Source: Candidatus Danuiimicrobium aquiferis (GTDB lineage Bacteria; Omnitrophota; Omnitrophia; Omnitrophales; Danuiimicrobiaceae). From it: a stretch of DNA of 64,000 bases. This document shows, piece by piece, positions 57,874 through 64,000 of the stretch. The notes below the pieces were generated by a model. It ran no database searches, was not told the origin of the DNA, and saw only the letters and a list, made by a program, of their open reading frames with translations. The position numbers were made by a program, and so were the translations under genes. How positions within the stretch are numbered: position 1 is the stretch's first letter; each line of letters starts with the position of its first letter. The DNA lies in contig MHFR01000063.1 in assembly GCA_001804285.1 (NCBI GenBank), forward strand, positions 38,901-102,900. The letters run 5' to 3'.

Positions 57874-58416
57874 TTGCTTGAGTTAAAGGTGATTCATATG
57901 TGGCAATTAATCAGAGCGGATTTTTTGGCGGAGTACGATGAGTCCGGATATCAAGGACGGTTCCGGAAAACATTTCACGCGATGACATCGCCGGGTTTCC
58001 AAGCGATTTTCTTATACCGAATCAGCCATCAGCTTGGCAAACTGCGAATTCCGATGATCGGAATGATGCTGCAGCGGATTGCGGAAGTTTGGACTGGGAT
58101 TTCAATATCTCCGAAAGCCAGCATTGGGCCGGGTTTGATCATTTACCATTTCGGAGGCGTGATCATTAACGGGAATGCCGAAATCGGGCGGGATTGCAGG
58201 ATCCACCATGAGGTGACAATCGGAAACCGGCAACCCGGCGGGCCGTCGCCGAAATTGGGCGACCGGGTGATGATCGGTGCCGGCGCAAAATTATTGGGTG
58301 ATATTACAATCGGAAACGATGCGGAAATCGGCGCGAATGCCGTCGTTTTGAATTCTGTTCCGGAAAAAGCGATTGCGGTCGGTGTTCCGGCGCGGGTTGT
58401 AAGAACTAAGGAGTAG
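57874..58416 (+). CDS. hexapeptide-repeat acetyltransferase (serine O-acetyltransferase/CysE-like)
   Basis: Left-handed beta-helix repeats (IGPGLIIYHFGGVIINGNAEIGRDCRIHHEVTIG...GDRVMIGAGAKLLGDITIGNDAEIGANAVV) are present. Confidence 0.75.
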   Translation: MLELKVIHMWQLIRADFLAEYDESGYQGRFRKTFHAMTSPGFQAIFLYRISHQLGKLRIPMIGMMLQRIAEVWTGISISPKASIGPGLIIYHFGGVIINGNAEIGRDCRIHHEVTIGNRQPGGPSPKLGDRVMIGAGAKLLGDITIGNDAEIGANAVVLNSVPEKAIAVGVPARVVRTKE

Positions 58417-58450
58417 AGGAATAAAGGATAACGGTTTGTGTGTCAGTCGT

Positions 58451-58521
58451 GTCATTCCCGCACGCTTTAGGCGGGAATCTACAAGCGGCTGGATCCCCGA
58501 TAAAAACATTCGGGGATGACA
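58451..58521. repeat. double-hairpin palindromic repeat
   Basis: GTCATTCCCGCacgctttagGCGGGAATC is followed by GGATCCCCGataaaaacattCGGGGATGACA. Confidence 0.7.
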
Positions 58522-58641
58522 GACTTTATTAGTGTCATTGCGAGGCAGTGAACTATGCAGAGCCGAAGCAATCTCGGAAACATGGATTGCTTCGCCAGCC
58601 AATGGCTCAACGGCTCGCAATGACGAAGCAAGAGGCAAATT

Positions 58642-61600
58642 ATGGATGAATTAAATGAAATTAAGAAAAGATTTTCGGAGATTTTCGAAATTCTAAAAAA
58701 TCTTATTAAGAAGGTATATTCCGGGATCAAGGCATCGTTTGAGCGCCGTATTCCAAATCCGAAAATTAGAATGGCGCTAATCCTGATAACGGCGTGCTTC
58801 GCGTTATTTTTCGTCGGTGGTTCGATAGCGGCCTTGAAGCAGCTGTCAGGAACGGGCAATCTTAAAGATGCGTCGATCATCAGGGCTCTCTTTGCGCCGA
58901 CCATACCGGTGCCCGGAAAACAAAAAGACGGAAGTTTTGTGATCGCAGATTTTGAAAGTGAAAAGGGGTTAAAGGCACTGGAGTTGATCGATGCGAAATT
59001 AGAGCTTTCCTCTCAGCATATTTCGCGTGGTGCGAAGTCTGCCAAAATAACCATGTATGGTGGGAAAGAAGTGTCAGGGCTCAGGATTCAACATTATTTC
59101 ACAAGCCGTAAGGCTCAATCTAACTGGACGAATTATGATGCTTTCAATTTTTATATTTTTAATTCTCGGAATGAGTCTGAGCGCTTGATTCTTCAAGTCA
59201 AAGACGAACGCGAGAATCGATATAAGCAGGACATTTGGATTCCCGGAAATAACGGAATGGATTTTTCAATACCCATACAACGGATGGCCGGGACCATTAA
59301 TGTTCGTGCGATTGATCAAATTTCATTTTTCCGCTGGGAGCCGCGGCTTGATTTGGATTTTTTTATGGATGATATCCGGTTGGTTCCGAAAGGATTGGTT
59401 GAGGTACAAAAAACACCAAAACAAATGGAAATCATAGTCAAACCGCGGCCGGTCAAGATGCTGGATTATGGATTTAAAAACCGCAAGCCGGTTTGGATGG
59501 CTGCTGATCCGCGTGATCCGGCTAATGGATTCGTGCGGATTCCGTTTATTGTTAAAAATGAAACGGACGGTTTCTGTAAATTATGCCCGGCAGAGGGCGG
59601 AATTCCTTTTCCGATGGGAGAACTCAAAACATCTGATGAAATTAGAATGAGAAATGCGAAGGGTGAAGAAATTCCTTTTCAGCCCCGCGCGTTAGGCAAA
59701 TGGCCGGACGGGTCGATTCAATGGCTTGGAATTCATTTTGAAACAACGCTGGCACCACTTTACGGCAATGGATATTTTATGGAATACGGTCCGACTGTGA
59801 AGCGGGTCGCGCCGGAGGGTAAACTAAAGATAGAAGAAACCGACGATCAAATGGTAATCAATACCGGGGTGATGCAGGCGATTCTTAGTAAAAAAGAGTT
59901 TTATCTTTTCAAAGACGTGATCATCGATATGAATCGAAACGAAACATTTGATGCTGACGAGCACATTGTGAGCGATGCCGCGCTGACACTCGATTTTCGT
60001 GGTGAAGAATATCGAACAAACCTTGATCAACAGACTTATAAAATTGAAATTGAAGAAAAAGGGACTCAACGTGCGGTGGTGAAAGCTTCCGGATGGTTTC
60101 AGTCTGAGAAAGGGAACCGCTATTGCCAGGCAATCGTTCGGTATTATTTTTACCAGGGGAAAAGTTATGTCAAGGTCAGCCACACGCTGATTTATACGGG
60201 TTATCCCTCGAATACTTATTATGAAAAGTATAAGGGGCTGAAACTTCCTGAAAATGAAACGATTCAGAGTTTTGGAATTAAAATTCCTCTTCAGTTAAAT
60301 GAGGTTGGATCAAAAGTTTTGTTGGCGCAAGAGAAAACCGGTATTCAAGAGATTTTAAAACAAGGCGAGATCAAGCTCTACCAAGCCCTTTGGGACGCGG
60401 GAGAACTTGTGCGGGGAGAGAAAGTACCGGAACGCGCAGAAGCATACCAAGGGTTCGTGGATGTTTCGGATGATCTGAAAGGGGTGACCGTCGCTATCCG
60501 TAATTTCCGCGAAAACTTTCCGAAAGCATTTAGAGCCGGAAAAGATTTCCTCGAAGTTGATTTGTGGCCGAAGGAATCCGGAGACCTTGATCTTTCCACG
60601 ACGAGCAATGCCATTGGGCCTGAAGACGTGGCGCGCGGTAATGCATTCGGGCTCGCCAAAACACACGAATTGCTTTTTAACTTCCATGATGTGACAACGT
60701 TGAAAGAAGAAGTCGTTAACATTGCGAAATCGTTTATGAAACCTTTGCTCATACGCACAAATCCGTATTGGGTAGATGCAACCGGGGCATTAGGCAGATT
60801 ATTTCCAGCGGCGCCTCAGTATGCGACGGAAGAAAAAATGCTTGAGAAATTGTTTGATTGGGCGGCGCGGCAGCAGAGAGATTTTAAATGGTACGGAATG
60901 CTCAATTTTGGTGACACGCTTTCCTGGTGGCGGAATGAAGATGAAGAACAATGGTACGGTGATTACGGATGGCATCCCATCGGCCGCTGGGGCTGGTATA
61001 ACTGTGAAGGTGTCGGGACCCACATGGGCGCGCTGCTTCAGTTCGCGCGGACGGGAAACTGGAAATATTTTGAGTTTGGCAGAAATTCGGCGCGGCACAT
61101 TATGGATGTTGATACGGTTCATTTCAATACCGTTGCGAATGACGATCGCCTGAAAAATATTTTGGATGAAGAAGTTTCGCAAGTCGGATCGATGCACCGC
61201 CACAGCGGAGATCATTGGAGCGGCCGGAATGAGGAATCAAGCCATACGCATGTTTCGGGGATTCTTCTTTATTATTATTTGACCGGTGATGAAAGAGCGT
61301 TTGATGTTGCGAAGGAAGTCGGCGAATTTTTTCTGAAAGAACCGTTTACTTATACGGGGCATGCGGATGTGGCACCGCACCGGGCCATGGCGAATGCGCT
61401 TTGGGGCGATGTATTGCTTTATCATGCAACGGGAGACGAGCGTTTTAAGAAAACTGCCGATCGAATTATTGAAATTTATTTAAAAGGGCAGCAATCGGAC
61501 GGCAGTATTCTCGAGAATTACAATCCTCTCGATCAAACGTGGTCGGGCGAAAAACACCGGCTTTATATGGATAGTTATGCGGTCGGTGCTTTTATGGCTT

Positions 61601-61908
61601 ATCACGAATTAACGCAGGACGAGGAAGTGAAACAAATGTTTCTCAAAATGATCAAGTTTTTAGATGTTGATCCTGCAGCCCTCAACGGAATCGCGTATGC
61701 GTATTTTATTTCCGGGGATCAAACCTTTCTGGAAATGTTGAATAAGAGCATGAATGAATTGCTTGCCAATAAACAGGAATCGAGTGATTCGTTGATGGAT
61801 GGCATGATTTATAAAAAACAGATTTATCATCGGCCCAATACGTACCTTTTCAGTGCGCCTTATGCGTTTGAAGCGCTTGAGGCGGGCCATGAAGCCATTA
61901 ATTCGTAA
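58642..61908 (+). CDS. large membrane-anchored exported protein of unknown function, possible polysaccharide-modifying (alpha/alpha-toroid-like) C-terminal domain
   Basis: The 1088-aa protein has an N-terminal TM (MALILITACFALFFVGGSIAAL) followed by a beta-rich N-terminal half. The C-terminal half is helical, with W/Y/H-rich segments (YGDYGWHPIGRWGWYNCEGVGTHMGALLQF; HTHVSGILLYYYLTGDERAF) reminiscent of heparinase II/III-like or GH (alpha/alpha)6 proteins. Confidence 0.5.
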   Translation: MDELNEIKKRFSEIFEILKNLIKKVYSGIKASFERRIPNPKIRMALILITACFALFFVGGSIAALKQLSGTGNLKDASIIRALFAPTIPVPGKQKDGSFVIADFESEKGLKALELIDAKLELSSQHISRGAKSAKITMYGGKEVSGLRIQHYFTSRKAQSNWTNYDAFNFYIFNSRNESERLILQVKDERENRYKQDIWIPGNNGMDFSIPIQRMAGTINVRAIDQISFFRWEPRLDLDFFMDDIRLVPKGLVEVQKTPKQMEIIVKPRPVKMLDYGFKNRKPVWMAADPRDPANGFVRIPFIVKNETDGFCKLCPAEGGIPFPMGELKTSDEIRMRNAKGEEIPFQPRALGKWPDGSIQWLGIHFETTLAPLYGNGYFMEYGPTVKRVAPEGKLKIEETDDQMVINTGVMQAILSKKEFYLFKDVIIDMNRNETFDADEHIVSDAALTLDFRGEEYRTNLDQQTYKIEIEEKGTQRAVVKASGWFQSEKGNRYCQAIVRYYFYQGKSYVKVSHTLIYTGYPSNTYYEKYKGLKLPENETIQSFGIKIPLQLNEVGSKVLLAQEKTGIQEILKQGEIKLYQALWDAGELVRGEKVPERAEAYQGFVDVSDDLKGVTVAIRNFRENFPKAFRAGKDFLEVDLWPKESGDLDLSTTSNAIGPEDVARGNAFGLAKTHELLFNFHDVTTLKEEVVNIAKSFMKPLLIRTNPYWVDATGALGRLFPAAPQYATEEKMLEKLFDWAARQQRDFKWYGMLNFGDTLSWWRNEDEEQWYGDYGWHPIGRWGWYNCEGVGTHMGALLQFARTGNWKYFEFGRNSARHIMDVDTVHFNTVANDDRLKNILDEEVSQVGSMHRHSGDHWSGRNEESSHTHVSGILLYYYLTGDERAFDVAKEVGEFFLKEPFTYTGHADVAPHRAMANALWGDVLLYHATGDERFKKTADRIIEIYLKGQQSDGSILENYNPLDQTWSGEKHRLYMDSYAVGAFMAYHELTQDEEVKQMFLKMIKFLDVDPAALNGIAYAYFISGDQTFLEMLNKSMNELLANKQESSDSLMDGMIYKKQIYHRPNTYLFSAPYAFEALEAGHEAINS

Positions 61909-61926
61909 TCATAAGGACGCAATTTT

Positions 61927-62034
61927 GTCATTCCCGAAATCTTTCCCTTGGGACTGAAAGGGCCGGCCCGTTTCCCCTCGGGTGTCGGGAATCTGTGAAC
62001 AATGGATTCCCGCCAAAGACATGCGGGAATGACA
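61927..62034. repeat. palindromic repeat with ~45 bp hairpin-loop insertion plus second unit
   Basis: GTCATTCCCG + inserted hairpins (TTTCCCttgggactgaaaGGG..CCCCTCGGG) + CGGGAATC is followed by GGATTCCCGCCaaagacatGCGGGAATGACA. The last 44 nt are ~95% identical to 8180-8224. Confidence 0.7.
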
Positions 62035-62049
62035 GAGGATGGGAGAAGA

Positions 62050-62955
62050 ATGGAAAATTGTGTTTTGTGTCCGGTATCAAAAATTGAAGTGATGATCCCG
62101 GCGTCTGTGCTGCCGGACCGAGTGAATGTACTGCGATGTGCGAACTGCGGGCTTGTGTACCTTGATTCGCGGGGAAGCGGAAGCCGTACCGATGCCGAAG
62201 AAGCGGTTTATTGGGACAAGGATGAACAAAAGGAAATTTATTTGGATGATTCCGTTAAAGAGCTTTTTGCGACTGAATTTAAGCGGCATCTTGAGGCGTT
62301 GAGATGTTTTCTGCCAAACAAGGGAAAATTACTCGATGTCGGTTGCGGGGTCGGACATTTCCTTGATGTGGCTCAAAAACAAGGGTGGAAGGCAGAAGGG
62401 TTAGATATTTCTGATGCCGCATCGAAAATTGCGCGGGAAACATATGGACTGGATGTTCATGTCGGCACGCTTGACGGGATTCAGTTTCAACATGCCAATT
62501 ACGATGCCATGACATTGTGGGACGTGATCGAGCACATCAAACAGCCGGTTGAAAATATGGCTGCCGCGAACCGGTTGCTTCGAAAAGGCGGTATCCTGGT
62601 TATGAAAACGCCGAATGAAAGAAGTTTTTTTAAATCAGTAGCTCGTGGGCTCTACCGGGTTTTTGGCCAGCGAGCCGTATTTTTACTGAAATACGTTTAT
62701 TATGTTCCGCATTATTTCTCTTATTCAAGAAAGACGATGGAAATGTTGCTTATTCGGGCCGGTTTTGAAATGGTTCGCTACGAAGAAGATACGACGCCGC
62801 GTGATTTTGCTGCCGGGAAAATTAATATCCATTACAAAAAGGATCCGAAACGGAATTTTGTGATTATGGTTCTTCCGGTAATGAGTTTCTTGAGCAAGCT
62901 ATTCAGAAGAGAGAATAAAATGATTGTGTATGCAAGAAAAGTGAGAGAGGTATGA
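62050..62955 (+). CDS. class I SAM-dependent methyltransferase with N-terminal Cys4 zinc-ribbon
   Basis: CVLCPVS..CANCG forms a Cys4 cluster, and motif I is LLDVGCGVGHF. The track start 62002 lies inside a repeat; the start MENCV at 62050 follows GGGAGAAG. Confidence 0.7.
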   Translation: MENCVLCPVSKIEVMIPASVLPDRVNVLRCANCGLVYLDSRGSGSRTDAEEAVYWDKDEQKEIYLDDSVKELFATEFKRHLEALRCFLPNKGKLLDVGCGVGHFLDVAQKQGWKAEGLDISDAASKIARETYGLDVHVGTLDGIQFQHANYDAMTLWDVIEHIKQPVENMAAANRLLRKGGILVMKTPNERSFFKSVARGLYRVFGQRAVFLLKYVYYVPHYFSYSRKTMEMLLIRAGFEMVRYEEDTTPRDFAAGKINIHYKKDPKRNFVIMVLPVMSFLSKLFRRENKMIVYARKVREV

Positions 62956-62978
62956 GTAAGGGACATCTGACCAAACCC

Positions 62979-63071
62979 GTCATCCCCGCATGCATTCCCT
63001 CGGTACAGCGAGGGACGGCCCTGTATTTCCAGGGAAGCGGGGATCGGATTCCCGCTTTCGCGGGAATGACA
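62979..63071. repeat. palindromic repeat with hairpin-loop insertion plus second unit
   Basis: GTCATCCCCGC + CATTCCCTCGGTACAGCGAGGGACGGCCCTGTATTTCCAGGGAAGC + GGGGATC is followed by GGATTCCCGCtttcGCGGGAATGACAAAAAGCG. The insertion is nearly identical to 24058-24105. Confidence 0.7.
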
Positions 63072-63128
63072 AAAAGCGTTACCAATATTACTGAGTATTA
63101 ATAACTGACTTATTCAAGGTGAAAACTC

Positions 63129-64000
63129 ATGACCGCTTTTGTGATGATGAAATATTCGTTCATTGCTTTAGCCATCGCCGGGTTTCTGGTTGTGCTGGGC
63201 TCTTTGTTAATCAAAGGCCGGCTGAATACAATTGCAAAACTATTCGTTGCGGCCATTGTGATTTTCGTCATTTTTTTAGCAGACATTTTTTTTCTCGAGC
63301 CTAATTGGATTGAGATTAACCACGTTCATGTAAGTGATAAAAAACTTGCAAGTGTCGTTGGGGATACAAAAATTGTGCAAATCAGTGATATCCATTTAAC
63401 GAAGGGGATAGGCTATCGCGAAAAAGAAATGATTAGAAAAGTGAATTCAGTTAAACCGGATATCATCGTGATCACAGGCGATTTGATCGATGATTTGTCT
63501 CAGGTTGAGCCCGCGAAGCAACTCATTCGTGAACTTCATGCGACGATTGCTATTCTGGGCGTTCCCGGTAATACGGATCATATTGTGATGGATGCGCCGG
63601 CCATGCAACGGGCATTTGCCGATTCGGGGATGGATTTATTGGTGAATGAGAACCGGAAAATTCATTTGAAGAACGGAAAAATTTTATGGATTCTGGGCGC
63701 GGATAATATGGCGTTTGGTGATGCGAGCGTTGATATGGCAATGGCGGAAGCTTCGGACTATATGCCGAAAATATTGTTAGCGCATTCTCCCCAAATTTTT
63801 AATAAGGCCGTCGAGAAGCGGATCAATTTAGCGTTAGTTGGCCATACGCATGGCGCACAAGTAGGAATTCCATTTCTTGTCCATTTATCAGCATACGCTA
63901 ATCGAACTCCTTATGTTAAAGGTTTGTTTCATAAAGATCGTACGTATATGTATGTAAACAAGGGAATCGGGATGAAGACGCTTTACATCCGGTTTTTGTG
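63129..64000 (+). CDS. membrane-anchored metallophosphoesterase (calcineurin-like, YkuE/YaeI-type), 3'-truncated by window end
   Basis: This ORF is not in the ORF track and was translated manually. Two N-terminal TM helices are followed by ISDIHL, GDLIDD, GNTDH and GHTHGAQ phosphoesterase motifs. There is no stop codon before position 64000. Confidence 0.7.
   Translation, partial: MTAFVMMKYSFIALAIAGFLVVLGSLLIKGRLNTIAKLFVAAIVIFVIFLADIFFLEPNWIEINHVHVSDKKLASVVGDTKIVQISDIHLTKGIGYREKEMIRKVNSVKPDIIVITGDLIDDLSQVEPAKQLIRELHATIAILGVPGNTDHIVMDAPAMQRAFADSGMDLLVNENRKIHLKNGKILWILGADNMAFGDASVDMAMAEASDYMPKILLAHSPQIFNKAVEKRINLALVGHTHGAQVGIPFLVHLSAYANRTPYVKGLFHKDRTYMYVNKGIGMKTLYIRFL

Noticed and set aside
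1-64000. CRISPR arrays and rRNA genes
   Set aside because: No regularly spaced identical 24-40 bp repeats with unique spacers, and no rRNA-like conserved segments, were seen. The abundant repeats are palindromic hairpins with irregular spacing, not CRISPR.

Overview
This is a 64 kb chromosomal segment of an unidentified bacterium (~45% GC). The envelope genes present (LepB, Wza, Wzx/Wzy) suggest a Gram-negative type. Coding density is high.

Gene content, 5' to 3':
- Heme late-step genes hemE, hemY/cgoX and hemH.
- A Wzm/Wzt-type ABC exporter on the minus strand.
- Housekeeping genes: M16 peptidase, rpe, lepA-lepB, glpK.
- A cluster of c-di-GMP effectors: PilZ, YajQ, PilZ.
- A CAP-domain/patatin phospholipase.
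- An acyl-CoA synthetase and a lysophospholipase-like hydrolase.
- tRNA-Ala(CGC), followed by an ~8 kb segment carrying otsA-otsB-treS (trehalose) and a DUF4143 ATPase. The segment is bounded by a 49-nt direct repeat of the tRNA 3' end, which is the signature of an integrated island. No integrase is present.
- A long Wzx/Wzy-type exopolysaccharide locus (35-63 kb) whose export components look like the PEP-CTERM type: Wza-like exporter, Wzz-like protein, ExeA-like ATPase, BY-kinase with a C-terminal Y-cluster, epimerase, glmS, UDP-sugar dehydrogenase, Wzx, methyltransferases, three GT2, several GT4, Wzy/ligase, an acetyltransferase and a 1088-aa exported protein.
- Embedded in that locus, two tandem paralogous two-gene cassettes (wHTH-nucleotidyltransferase plus a small HEPN-like partner). 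Each has its own repeat-type operator.

The dominant non-coding feature is an abundant family of nested palindromic double-hairpin repeats (GTCATnCCCGC..GCGGGnATCC / GGATTCCCGC..GCGGGAATGACA). Some copies carry terminal inverted repeats (MITE-like) and some carry secondary insertions in the hairpin loops. The family occupies at least 12 intergenic regions.

Other non-coding signals:
- A degenerate array of tRNA-leader copies upstream of tRNA-Ala.
- A conserved leader/terminator element upstream of two island genes.
- A ~100 bp heptanucleotide tandem repeat upstream of glmS.
- A relic of a thiolase C-terminus.

No rRNA or CRISPR array was seen.
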